Positions 8,967 to 18,135 of a stretch of 64,000 bases of DNA are shown one piece after another. Numbering within the stretch: the stretch's first letter is position 1; every line of letters begins with the position of its first letter. The notes under the pieces were generated by a model, which was not told the DNA's origin, made no database searches, and saw only the letters and a program-made list of their open reading frames with translations. The translations under genes and the position numbers were made by a program. Source of the DNA: a bacterium (GTDB taxonomy: Bacteria; Patescibacteriota; Minisyncoccia; UBA6257; MFKM01); assembly GCA_030693325.1 (NCBI GenBank), contig JAUYAV010000019.1:65324-129323 (forward strand). The letters run 5' to 3'.

Positions 8967-10052
8967 ATGCCCAACAATCAAAAAATTAATGTCATTGACC
9001 AATTAACGAAGGCCGACCCGAATCTGATTTCCTTGCTGAAAATCGGCGATTTGATTGAAGGCCAAGTTCTCAAAAAAGAACCGAAAAGGTTGTTTTTGGA
9101 TTTGGGGAAATACGGCACTGGGATCGTTTACGGAGTGGAATTCATCAACGCCAAAAATATCATCAAAAAACTCAATCCCGGTGATCCGGTAAAAGCGAAA
9201 ATTTTAGATTTGGATAATGATTCGGGTTATCTTGAATTGTCCTTGACCGAAGCGGGCAAATATAAAGTTTGGGAGGAATTGGGAGATTTAAAAGATCAAG
9301 ATGAGCCCATAAAAATTAAAGTGACCGGTTTTAACAGCGGCGGTTTAATGACGGAAATGAACGGACTGGCGGCTTTCCTCCCGGTTTCTCAATTAAGCAA
9401 CGAACATTACCCGAGAGTTGAAGACGGCGATAAAAAGAAAATCGCCGAAGAATTGAAAAAAATAGTCGGGCAGGAACTGATGGTGAAAATTATTGATTTT
9501 AATCCGCGCACCGGAAAACTGATAATTTCCGAACGGGAAGTGGTTGACAGACCGTCTAAGGCCTCATTGGAAAAATACGAGGCGGGACAGATAATTGACG
9601 GAATTATTTCCGGCGTGGCTGATTTTGGCGCCTTTGTTAAATTTGCCGATAATCCGGCGATAGAAGGATTGATTCATATTTCCGAATTAGACCACCGTTT
9701 AATTGATAACCCCAAAGAAATTGTTAAGGTTGACGATGCGGTCAAAGCCAAAATTATTGACATTAAAAACGGGAAAATTTTTCTTTCTCTCAAAGCATTG
9801 AAGCCCAATCCCTGGGATTCGGTTGAAGAAAAATATAAAACCGGCCAGGAAGTTATGGGCGTTGTTTCTAAATTTACGCCTTTCGGAGCGTTTATAAATC
9901 TTGATAATGAAATTCACGGCTTGCTTCATGTTTCCGAATTCGGCAGCGTTGAGGAGATGAAAAAGCAATTGGAAATCGGTAAAACTCAAAAATTTGTCAT
10001 CGGTTTGATCAATCCGCAGGAAAAAAGATTGATTCTCAAATTAGTTAAATAA
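8967..10052 (+). CDS. rpsA: 30S ribosomal protein S1 (4 S1 domains)
   Basis: Repeated S1 motifs (GAFVKF...GLIHISEL; GAFINL...GLLHVSEF). Confidence 0.8.
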   Translation: MPNNQKINVIDQLTKADPNLISLLKIGDLIEGQVLKKEPKRLFLDLGKYGTGIVYGVEFINAKNIIKKLNPGDPVKAKILDLDNDSGYLELSLTEAGKYKVWEELGDLKDQDEPIKIKVTGFNSGGLMTEMNGLAAFLPVSQLSNEHYPRVEDGDKKKIAEELKKIVGQELMVKIIDFNPRTGKLIISEREVVDRPSKASLEKYEAGQIIDGIISGVADFGAFVKFADNPAIEGLIHISELDHRLIDNPKEIVKVDDAVKAKIIDIKNGKIFLSLKALKPNPWDSVEEKYKTGQEVMGVVSKFTPFGAFINLDNEIHGLLHVSEFGSVEEMKKQLEIGKTQKFVIGLINPQEKRLILKLVK

Positions 10053-10073
10053 GGGCTTAGCAGTTTCATCATA

Positions 10074-11909
10074 ATGAAGGCATTTTCTAAAAATATTTTT
10101 TGGGCGATTATTACTTTAATAGTAATATCGTTGCTTTTTTCTTTATTTGCTCAAACGGCTAAAGCGCCGCAGTTTGTCACTTTAAACGATTTGGCTTCAA
10201 AGATTAACGCCGGCGAGGTGAGTAAAATTTCCGTTAATGAAAATGATCTGGCCGTTGATTTAAAAAACGGAGATAAATTAATTTCCAAAAAAGAAACCGA
10301 ATCCGGGCTTTCTGAAACTTTGAAAAATTTCGGGGTTGACCCGGCGGCTTTGCGCCAGGTGTCCCTGGAAGTTAAAGAGGCCTCCGGTTTCAAATTCTGG
10401 ATTAATCTTTTGGTGCCGATAGTTTTGCCGCTGTTGATTATCGGATTTATTTTTTGGCTGATGTTTAAGCAGGCGAGAAGCGGCGCCAACCAGGTCTTCA
10501 GTTTCGGCCGCGCCAACGTGAAAGTTTTCGCGCCTTTCAAAGACCGGATAACCTTTGAAGATGTCGCCGGATTGAAAGAAGCCAAGCAGGAATTGATGGA
10601 GGTGATTGATTTTTTGAAGAATCCAAAAAAATATTTGGAAATCGGCGCCCGCATTCCCCGCGGAATTTTACTGCTGGGTTTGCCGGGAACGGGTAAAACT
10701 TTAATCGCCCGGGCGACAGCCGGCGAAAGTAATGTGCCTTTTTTTCATATGTCGGCCTCGGAATTCGTGGAAATGTTTGTCGGTGTCGGCGCCAGTCGCG
10801 TCCGCGATCTCTTTTCCATCGCCAAAAAAAGCGCTCCTTGTATTGTTTTTATAGACGAAATTGACGCTGTCGGCCGGGAAAGGGGAGCCGGCTTGGGCGG
10901 CGGTCACGATGAAAGAGAACAGACCCTCAATCAGATATTGGTGGAGATGGACGGGTTTGATCGTGAAACCAACGTTATTATTTTGGCGGCGACCAACCGG
11001 CCCGATATTTTAGACCCGGCCCTGTTGCGGCCCGGCCGTTTTGACCGCCGCGTGATTTTGGATATGCCCGATATCAATGACCGCGAAGCGATTTTAAAAA
11101 TTCACTGCAAGGGAAAATCCTTGGGCAAAGATATTGATTTGAGGCAGGTGGCTATCCGCACCCCGGGTTTTTCCGGAGCGGATTTAGCCAATCTAACCAA
11201 CGAAGCCGCTATTTTGGCCGCCCGCCAGAATAAACATTTTATCAGTCAGGAAGATTTGTTTAATTCCATTGAAAAAGTCATTCTCGGCCCGGAACGCCGC
11301 ACCCGGGCGATTTCCGTGAAAGAAAAAGAATTAATCGCTTATCACGAAGCCGGCCACGCTTTAGTGGCGTCCGGTCTTAAAGACAGCGATCCGGTTCAAA
11401 AGGTTTCAATCATCAGCCGCGGCTTGGCTGGCGGTTATACTTTAAAATTGCCAATAGAGGAAAGAAGAATAGAAACCAAGTCCCAGTTTTTGGCGGAATT
11501 AGCGGTTTTATTCGGCGGTTATCTTTCCGAATCAATTGTTTTCGGCGACATCAGCACCGGCGCTTCCAACGATTTGAAACAAGCCACTGATTTGGCGAAA
11601 AAATTGGTTACCCGCTATGGGATGAGTGAAAAATTAGGGCCGCGGACTTTCGGCAAGACAGAAGAAATGATATTTTTGGGCCGCGAAATCACCACCGAAA
11701 AAGATTACTCGGAGGAATTGGCCAAAAAAATCGACGATGAAGTTGAAGCTTTAATTGAGCGGGCTATCAAAGCCGCCAAAAAAATTCTTTCTTCCCAAAG
11801 GAAAGCCCTGGATGCTATAGCTAAAACTCTGCTCCAAAAAGAAAGCATTGAGCGTGAGGAATTTGACAGGATAATCAAGAGTTTCAAAATCCAGCCCATA
11901 AAAGTATAA
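10074..11909 (+). CDS. ftsH: ATP-dependent zinc metalloprotease FtsH
   Basis: Walker [15 protein letters not shown] region, HEAGHAL zinc motif. Confidence 0.95.
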   Translation: MKAFSKNIFWAIITLIVISLLFSLFAQTAKAPQFVTLNDLASKINAGEVSKISVNENDLAVDLKNGDKLISKKETESGLSETLKNFGVDPAALRQVSLEVKEASGFKFWINLLVPIVLPLLIIGFIFWLMFKQARSGANQVFSFGRANVKVFAPFKDRITFEDVAGLKEAKQELMEVIDFLKNPKKYLEIGARIPRGILLLGLPGTGKTLIARATAGESNVPFFHMSASEFVEMFVGVGASRVRDLFSIAKKSAPCIVFIDEIDAVGRERGAGLGGGHDEREQTLNQILVEMDGFDRETNVIILAATNRPDILDPALLRPGRFDRRVILDMPDINDREAILKIHCKGKSLGKDIDLRQVAIRTPGFSGADLANLTNEAAILAARQNKHFISQEDLFNSIEKVILGPERRTRAISVKEKELIAYHEAGHALVASGLKDSDPVQKVSIISRGLAGGYTLKLPIEERRIETKSQFLAELAVLFGGYLSESIVFGDISTGASNDLKQATDLAKKLVTRYGMSEKLGPRTFGKTEEMIFLGREITTEKDYSEELAKKIDDEVEALIERAIKAAKKILSSQRKALDAIAKTLLQKESIEREEFDRIIKSFKIQPIKV

Positions 11910-11910
11910 A

Positions 11911-12843
11911 ATGTCTAAAATCAGAGTTGGTGTTTTGAGAGGCGGCCCTTCGGCCGAGTATGAAATTTCTCTTTTGACCGGTGAAAATGTTTTAAAAAAT
12001 ATTCCTTCGGATAAATACGAAGCCATTGATATTTTAATTTCCAAAAATGGCCAATGGCCGGAAATGCCGGCTGTGGATGTAATTTTTAACGCTCTCCACG
12101 GCGAATATGGCGAAGACGGTCAGGCACAGACAGTTTTAGAAAAAATGGATTTGCCTTATACCGGCTCCGGGATTATTGCTTCGGCTTTGGCGATGGATAA
12201 ATGGGCTTCGCAAAAATTATTCCGCCAAGCCGGATTAAAAACGCCGCCGGCAATAGAGATGGAAAAATTATTTTTAGATTCAATAGTTAAGCCTGAATTT
12301 GATTTACCTTGGGTAGTGAAACCGGCCGGCCGCGGTTCTTCGGTGGGGATTTCTTTGATTAATGACGAAAAAGAATTTCAGCCGGCTTTGGATAAGGCGT
12401 TTCAATACGATGATTTGGTTTTGACGGAGAAATTTATCAGAGGCAAAGAAATTACCTGCGGCATTCTGGAAAATTTTAACGGGGAAAAATATTTTGCCCT
12501 GCCGGTAGTGGAAATTGTTCCGCCGTCTGACAAAACTTTTTTTGATTCTCAATGTAAATATGACGGCACGAGCCAAGAAATTTGCCCCGGCCGGTTTGAT
12601 GAAAAAACCGCTTTGGCGATTCAGGAGGCCGCTATTTCGGCTCATCAGGCGTTGGGTTGCCGCGATTATTCCCGGACTGATATGATTGTAGCTGAAAATG
12701 GCATTTATATTTTAGAAGTTAATACCCTCCCCGGGTTAACCAAGGAATCACTTTTTCCAAAAGCCGCGGCGGCCGCCGGTTGTTCCTTTGACCGATTATT
12801 AGAGCATCTGATAACATTAGCTTTAAAGAGAAAGGATATATAG
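11911..12843 (+). CDS. ddl: D-alanine--D-alanine ligase
   Basis: KIRVGVLRGGPSAEYEISL N-terminus and ATP-grasp motifs. Confidence 0.9.
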   Translation: MSKIRVGVLRGGPSAEYEISLLTGENVLKNIPSDKYEAIDILISKNGQWPEMPAVDVIFNALHGEYGEDGQAQTVLEKMDLPYTGSGIIASALAMDKWASQKLFRQAGLKTPPAIEMEKLFLDSIVKPEFDLPWVVKPAGRGSSVGISLINDEKEFQPALDKAFQYDDLVLTEKFIRGKEITCGILENFNGEKYFALPVVEIVPPSDKTFFDSQCKYDGTSQEICPGRFDEKTALAIQEAAISAHQALGCRDYSRTDMIVAENGIYILEVNTLPGLTKESLFPKAAAAAGCSFDRLLEHLITLALKRKDI

Positions 12844-12924
12844 TTTAGTTGGTTCTTTTAAAATATTGATGTTATAATGAACCAATGAACTACTATATTT
12901 ATATAATAATTACAAGGTTCAATT

Positions 12925-13599
12925 ATGGCACGATTTAAAGATCACGAAAAAGCGCTAAATTTAAGAAGGCAGGGAATGAGTTATAGCCAGATTAAGAAAT
13001 TGCTGAAAGTAAGCAAGGGCACTTTGAGTGTTTGGCTAAGAGATTATCCTCTATCAAAACAAAGGATAAGGGAGCTAAGAGATTGGAATGAACAAAGAAT
13101 TGAAAGGTGCAGAGAAACAAAACAAAGGAAGAAAGAAAAGAGACTTAAGGATGTTTATGAATTACAGGAAAAAATTCTTTTGCCCTTAAAAAGTAAAGAG
13201 ATTTTTATGATGGGTCTAGGTCTTTATTGGGGAGAAGGCACTAAACATAGAGCAGGTTGTCTTTCTGTTTCAAATACCGACCCGTCTATTATTAGATTTT
13301 TTATTTGCTGGCTTAATAAGAGTTTAAATGTTTCTAGAAATAAAATGAAAGTAGCTCTGCAATTATATAGCGATATGAATATTGATAAAGAGATGCGGTA
13401 TTGGTCAGAAACTTTAAAAATTCCCCTTCCTCAATTCGTAAAGCCGTATATTAAAAAAACTTCCAGTAAAAATATAAATCATAAAGGGGGCTTTGGACAC
13501 GGAACTTGTAATTTAAGGACAAATAACACTTCACTTTCCGAGAAAATTATTATGGGATTGAAAGTAATTTCGGATAAATATGGTCAAAGGGGCGTGTAG
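12925..13599 (+). CDS. HTH plus single LAGLIDADG-like domain protein (degenerate motif GLGLYWGEGTK); homing-endonuclease-like
   Basis: N-terminal HTH (MSYSQIKKLLKVSKGTLSVWL). C-terminal region is similar to the second domain of the 621-1292 endonuclease (DPSIIRFFICWLNKSL vs SPLFLNWIKNKI). Stop TAG is nt 8-10 of tRNA-Ile. Confidence 0.45.
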   Translation: MARFKDHEKALNLRRQGMSYSQIKKLLKVSKGTLSVWLRDYPLSKQRIRELRDWNEQRIERCRETKQRKKEKRLKDVYELQEKILLPLKSKEIFMMGLGLYWGEGTKHRAGCLSVSNTDPSIIRFFICWLNKSLNVSRNKMKVALQLYSDMNIDKEMRYWSETLKIPLPQFVKPYIKKTSSKNINHKGGFGHGTCNLRTNNTSLSEKIIMGLKVISDKYGQRGV

Positions 13600-13661
13600 C
13601 TCAGTGGTAGAGCGCTACTCTTATAAAGTAGAAGTCGCAGGTCCGATCCCTGCCACGCCCA
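13590..13661 (+). tRNA. tRNA-Ile (anticodon UAU)
   Basis: Acceptor GGGCGTG/CACGCCC, D-arm GCTC-AGTGGTA-GAGC, anticodon stem CTACT/AGTAG, loop CTTATAA, T-arm GCAGG-TCCGATC-CCTGC. Confidence 0.8.
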
Positions 13662-13795
13662 CAAAATTAAAAATTTTTTAGAGGTTGACATTAGAAATTC
13701 TTTTGCTAAGATAGGGTCTTTCACGCTCTTTAAAAACATATTGTTCTGCTTTTCGCTTTTAGCAGACGATTAAAATTAGGAAAGGGGGATATACG

Positions 13796-14098
13796 TTGTA
13801 TCGGGGAAAGCGTTGTTTTAACAATTCTTACAAGAATCGGAGGGGGGAAATGTGTCATCAGCAAACGCTTACTAGGGGAAACAGCTCGGACGTTTCTTGC
13901 GGCCAGCCGGTATTTTTAGCCAAATTGATTCATTCTATCAGTCAGGCGGTAATTTTTGAGGTATGGTATTGCCCCTTGGGTAGAGGTTTGGTTGATTGGA
14001 AAAAAGGCGGGAAATGTACAGTATTAGGAATATATTTTGGAGATTTAGTTCGGGCTTTAGAATTCAGCAAAGATAAAGAATATGAATTTATCCGATGA
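13796..14098 (+). CDS. Hypothetical small Arg/Cys-rich protein (TTG start)
   Basis: Strong SD aaagggggata 7 nt upstream; terminator downstream. Confidence 0.3.
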   Translation: MYRGKRCFNNSYKNRRGEMCHQQTLTRGNSSDVSCGQPVFLAKLIHSISQAVIFEVWYCPLGRGLVDWKKGGKCTVLGIYFGDLVRALEFSKDKEYEFIR

Positions 14099-14126
14099 TT
14101 TCCCAAATAAAAATTTCTAAAAGCGA

Positions 14127-14166
14127 AAATCCCCGTCAGCGAATTTGCTGATGGGGATTTTTATTT
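14127..14166 (+). terminator. Rho-independent terminator (atccccgtcagc/gctgatggggat)
   Basis: 12-bp stem followed by TTTTTATTT. Confidence 0.65.
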
Positions 14167-14197
14167 AATACATCTGAATTGGTGGGGGAGTCGACCC

Positions 14198-14323
14198 CGT
14201 TAGAAGTCTTGAATAGAAAAAATTTATTAAATTTTTTCTACCTGGCGCCTGCCAGGGCTAATCTCAAACCATTATCAATTTACCTATTTTATAGCACATC
14301 GGCTCAGGGCAGACTTCTAACGG
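14198..14323. repeat. Perfect 14-bp inverted repeat (ccccgttagaagtc ... gacttctaacgggg) enclosing about 98 nt that contain a small CCTGGC/GCCAGG hairpin
   Basis: Exact reverse-complement pair; no ORF inside. Confidence 0.5.
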
Positions 14324-14522
14324 GGTTGACAAATTTAATGATTTTGGCATTATTAATCTATTGTTTTTGTTCTTTAAAATAATTAATAATTTTTCCTCTG
14401 GAATTTGTTTTCTAAACAAGGAAGGTTGGTAAATCAAGAAAGGAGGCAGGTTTGATAAAAAGGAGGTTGCCACGGAATAAGCGCTATACCAATCATCACA
14501 ATAAGCACAAAAAGGGGGGGAT

Positions 14523-14786
14523 ATGTGCAGAAAAATCACAGAGCAAGGTCACTCAATCAGCCAGGCGCATGATTACGGTCCGGCCATCGGGACGGTACAT
14601 TTTTTGAACATCAAGAAAGAACCCGAGATGCTTCAATCATGTTCCGGTTGCGGCTTGATCACCAAGTACAATATGTCTCTGGAGGAGTTGCTGGCCGATT
14701 TTACAAAGCGGGGCATTAAATTTAACTTTGTCCCTAGTAGAAAGGTTAATCTGAAGGTCGTGTCTAAAGAGCTCGTTTTAGCCTAG
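14523..14786 (+). CDS. Hypothetical small protein with CSGCG motif
   Basis: SD aaaggggggg before ATG; stem-loop terminator at about 14815-14850. Confidence 0.4.
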   Translation: MCRKITEQGHSISQAHDYGPAIGTVHFLNIKKEPEMLQSCSGCGLITKYNMSLEELLADFTKRGIKFNFVPSRKVNLKVVSKELVLA

Positions 14787-14895
14787 TCAAAAATAAAAAG
14801 GAGGAAAAAATTTTAAAGGCGGATCATCTTTTGACCCGCCTTTTTATTATTTGTCTGATTTTTTAATCTAATTTAAACTTTTTAAGTTGTAAGTT

Positions 14896-15834
14896 TTAAT
14901 GGCGCCGGCGAGCGTGGAACGTCTGGTGGATTTCTTTGAGTTCTTTATTGGTTAAATGAGTATAAATCTGAGTAGTGGAAACATTGGCGTGCCCCAGCAG
15001 TTCCTGAACTGAACGCAAATCCGCGCCGTTAATCAGAAGGTCGGTGGCATAAAGATGGCGAATCATATGAGGCGTTACTCTTTCCTGGATTCCGGCTTTG
15101 CGGGCGTAGTAATCAATCAATCTTTGAACCGTCCGCGGGATAATCCGGCCGATGATTTTCGCCTGCCTGCCGGCAGGCAGGGTTCTTTGACGGCCGCTTA
15201 AGCTGATAAATAACGCTTCTTCGGTGTCGGCTTTTTTATCTCTTTTTTCCAGATAATTTTTAATCGCTTTTTTGGCGTCTGGAGAAAGAAAAACAATCCT
15301 CAATTTATCGCCCTTGCCCCTGATAGTGATTTCTCCCCGGTCAAAATTCAGATGACGATTGAGCGAGCAAAGTTCGGACAAACGCAGGCCGGTGGAAAAA
15401 AACATTTCCAAAATCGCTTTGTCCCGAAGGCCGCGCAGATCTATGCCGTCCGTTGATTTTAAAAGCCGTTCCAAATCCGAATAATCAATGATTTCAATTT
15501 GTCTTTGCGGTATTTTCGGCAGTTCAATTTTTTCCGGCGCCAAGACATTAAAATCTCTTTTGATTAAATATTTAAGAAAGTTCCGCAGAGCGATAATGTA
15601 GTAGGCCTGGGTATTTTTTTTAATGGGTTCGTCCCGCGGAGTTTTGGTCCGGGCTAAAACTAAACGGAAATCCCGGACCCGGTCAGCCGTGATGTCTTCT
15701 TCGGTTTTGATGCCGCCGGATTTGATAAAAATTTTGAGATAATGCTCGTAATTCACCCGGGTTTTCGGCGACCGGTTTTTTTCGATTTCCAGATAATTCA
15801 GGTAATCTTCCAAAAGCTTTTCAATAGCGACCAT
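14896..15834 (-). CDS. Tyrosine site-specific recombinase, XerC/XerD/integrase family
   Basis: C-terminal catalytic region RHLYATDLLINGADLRSVQELLGHANVSTTQIYTHL; N-terminal core-binding domain. Confidence 0.85.
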   Translation of the reverse strand: MVAIEKLLEDYLNYLEIEKNRSPKTRVNYEHYLKIFIKSGGIKTEEDITADRVRDFRLVLARTKTPRDEPIKKNTQAYYIIALRNFLKYLIKRDFNVLAPEKIELPKIPQRQIEIIDYSDLERLLKSTDGIDLRGLRDKAILEMFFSTGLRLSELCSLNRHLNFDRGEITIRGKGDKLRIVFLSPDAKKAIKNYLEKRDKKADTEEALFISLSGRQRTLPAGRQAKIIGRIIPRTVQRLIDYYARKAGIQERVTPHMIRHLYATDLLINGADLRSVQELLGHANVSTTQIYTHLTNKELKEIHQTFHARRRH

Positions 15835-15856
15835 TGCCTAAATTATACTATCAATC

Positions 15857-15945
15857 TGTCGCAAAATGAAGTTTTTCAAACAGATATACATCTGTCTTAA
15901 AAACTTGCGCTCATTTTGCAACAGCACAGCCGTCGCAAAATGAGC
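15857..15945. promoter_or_regulatory. Cluster of repeated or palindromic motifs upstream of the recombinase gene: GTCGCAAAATGA twice, its inverse once, and ACAGAT-ATAC-ATCTGT
   Basis: gctcattttgc (15910-15920) pairs with gcaaaatgagc (15935-15945); a direct copy at 15859-15870; palindrome at 15881-15896. Confidence 0.4.
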
Positions 15946-15957
15946 TAATGCGGTATT

Positions 15958-15986
15958 TGACAAATTTATAGAAGTTTGCTATAATT
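15958..15986 (+). promoter_or_regulatory. Consensus sigma70-type promoter TTGACA-17-TATAAT
   Basis: Exact -35 and -10 hexamers with 17-nt spacer, about 50 nt upstream of the 16038 ORF. Confidence 0.6.
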
Positions 15987-16037
15987 ACTTTAATAAAGAG
16001 TTAGTACATTAAAAACAAAATTAATAAGGGAGGAAAT

Positions 16038-16166
16038 ATGAGGGAAAAGACGGCAGTAACATTAGTAGTTCTGGCTGTTCTGTTCGTAGTTTTTCTTTGG
16101 GGAGGGGCTTTTTTGGGATATCGTAAAATCTGTTCCAATTATGCGAAAGCCATTCAGAAACCGTAA
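16038..16166 (+). CDS. Small membrane peptide (42 aa)
   Basis: SD aagggagg before ATG; single TM helix; downstream of the consensus promoter. Confidence 0.35.
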   Translation: MREKTAVTLVVLAVLFVVFLWGGAFLGYRKICSNYAKAIQKP

Positions 16167-16195
16167 ACGCATCAATTATAAAAAAGGAGAAAAAA

Positions 16196-16477
16196 ATGAA
16201 AGAGAAATTGATTGCTATATTTGTTATTCTGTCTTTGGTTTTTGCTTTCGGATTTGTTTTAAACAATGCGTTAGGCCATTACGACCCGCCCACGAAAGTT
16301 AAATGGGTGGAATATACGGTATCTAAGGATACGTACTTGTCGCAAGTAGCGGGCGCGTTGAGCAATAAACTCGGAAAACACCCGGGTACGTTAGTGAAGG
16401 TTATGTATGAGAAAAATAATCTAAGCGATTATCATCTCAGCAAAGGAACTACGATTTTTATCCCCATCCCAATTTAA
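16196..16477 (+). CDS. LysM-domain membrane protein
   Basis: TM helix then a LysM-like pattern (VEYTVSKDTYLSQVAG...GTTIFIP). Confidence 0.5.
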   Translation: MKEKLIAIFVILSLVFAFGFVLNNALGHYDPPTKVKWVEYTVSKDTYLSQVAGALSNKLGKHPGTLVKVMYEKNNLSDYHLSKGTTIFIPIPI

Positions 16478-16500
16478 AATAATTTCCCCCCAGCAGTAAG

Positions 16501-16537
16501 CCGAGGCGAACTTTTATAGTTCTCCTCGGTTTTTTTA
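16501..16537. terminator. Terminator hairpin between convergent genes (ccgagg...cctcgg then T7)
   Basis: Stem plus TTTTTTT. Confidence 0.5.
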
Positions 16538-16544
16538 TTGGAAT

Positions 16545-16820
16545 TTAAAAAGGCAGATCCTCCGGCTTAATGTCATTTTCCGGAGGTAATGATATTTTTG
16601 AAGTTTTGGTCGTTATTTCTTTATTTACCTCTTTTTGAATTTGCTGAAATTCATTTTCAATTTCAGAAAGACGGGCTTTGCAGTCCTTAACAAGTTTCGC
16701 TCCTTCCTTGACCTTTTCCAGTCCGGCTTCAACGTCAACTTCTTCCTGATGCTCAAACCAGGATACGATTTCGTTCAACTTATTAAGCGATTTTTTTAAA
16801 TTAAATTTTTCGTCAGCCAT
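16545..16820 (-). CDS. xseB: Exodeoxyribonuclease VII small subunit
   Basis: Size and helical XseB-like sequence; located downstream of xseA. Confidence 0.8.
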   Translation of the reverse strand: MADEKFNLKKSLNKLNEIVSWFEHQEEVDVEAGLEKVKEGAKLVKDCKARLSEIENEFQQIQKEVNKEITTKTSKISLPPENDIKPEDLPF

Positions 16821-16823
16821 AAT

Positions 16824-18089
16824 TTATTTATTCAAATTATTAATTGTTTTAACTTCTGAATCAAAATTGCCGTCTTCTATCCGGACATTGACCATCTGTC
16901 CTTTTTTAATCTGGTCTGTTTTTCTGACTAAATTCCCGTTCATACTGACAATACTATATCCTAATTTCAGCTGTCGCATGGGATTATGAGAAGCTATAAG
17001 TTTTTCGGATGAAGTAATCGCCAGGCCGGTATCCTTAATTAATAATATCATACGCTTGGGAATCGCCCTTGCGTATTCCGCGACATTTTTATTTATTTCC
17101 GAAATTCTCAATTTTATGGAAACAAACAATTGTTTTAAAATTTCTTCCGCTTTATTGAAATTATCAAAAATTATTTGGAAATTTGTTTTTACCACATCAA
17201 AAGATCCGGCTACTTTTAAATTCATGGCTGATAAAATGTTTTGGTAGCAACTGAAAATTTTTTCCTTATTTAATTCCAACCCGGCGATTGCTTCCTGCCA
17301 CGGTTTATTTAACGCCTGGGCCGCCATTGAGGGGGTTGAAACCATTTTATCCGCGGCCAGGCCGATAAGACTTATGTCTTTTTCGTGCCCGACGCCCACA
17401 AGCACGGGAACCGGAAAATTAACGATTTCCCGCACCAGGGTTTCGTTATTAAACGGAAGCAGTGATTCCAAAGAGCCGCCACCGCGGATTAATACAAGCA
17501 CTTCAATATCGCTGTTTTTGAGCGTTTGTACGGCATTAAGTAATTCCGGAACCGCAAGCTGGCCTTCTACGCGGGAATCTACGAATACAATCTTGAAACC
17601 AAACTGGCCAAGGTTCACCTGAAAATCGCCTATGGCCGCGCCGTCTTTTGACGTAATAAGCCCGATTTTTTGCGGCAATAGCGGGAGAGAACGCTTTCTG
17701 TCTTCTTTAAAAATTCCTTCCTTCTCAAGCCGCAACTTGAGTTCGTCATACGCTTTCTTGAGCTGTCCTTCCCCGACCAATTCAATTGTTTGAGTAGTTA
17801 AAGAAAGCCTGCCAAGCGGTTTATAAACACCCGGCGTTCCCGATACGATTATTTCAATTCCGATATCAAGCTTCACCCCGCTGACGGCATAATCGCGCTT
17901 CCACATAAAACAATTAAGGATTGCGGGATGGTCTTTATTCTTATCTTTTATTTTAAAAAATAAATAACTTCTGTCAGGATATATCTGCGCTTCCGTGACT
18001 TCTCCGATTATCCGAGCGTTAAAATTCGCCAGCCCGTCATTTATGGTATCCAGGTAATCATTGACAGATAAATAATTTTTAGTGTTCAT
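16824..18089 (-). CDS. xseA: Exodeoxyribonuclease VII large subunit
   Basis: N-terminal OB-fold pattern LSVNDYLDTIN...YLFFKIKD. Confidence 0.9.
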   Translation of the reverse strand: MNTKNYLSVNDYLDTINDGLANFNARIIGEVTEAQIYPDRSYLFFKIKDKNKDHPAILNCFMWKRDYAVSGVKLDIGIEIIVSGTPGVYKPLGRLSLTTQTIELVGEGQLKKAYDELKLRLEKEGIFKEDRKRSLPLLPQKIGLITSKDGAAIGDFQVNLGQFGFKIVFVDSRVEGQLAVPELLNAVQTLKNSDIEVLVLIRGGGSLESLLPFNNETLVREIVNFPVPVLVGVGHEKDISLIGLAADKMVSTPSMAAQALNKPWQEAIAGLELNKEKIFSCYQNILSAMNLKVAGSFDVVKTNFQIIFDNFNKAEEILKQLFVSIKLRISEINKNVAEYARAIPKRMILLIKDTGLAITSSEKLIASHNPMRQLKLGYSIVSMNGNLVRKTDQIKKGQMVNVRIEDGNFDSEVKTINNLNK

Positions 18090-18135
18090 CTAATAATAAG
18101 CAATTTTGAATCTATTTTTAAACGCCTCGCTTTAA

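Noticed and set aside
15857-15900. Calling the ACAGATATACATCTGT palindrome a definite dif site
   Set aside because: Its arms are only 6 bp with a 4-nt centre, shorter than canonical 28-31 bp dif sites. It is kept only as a hypothesis within the upstream motif cluster.
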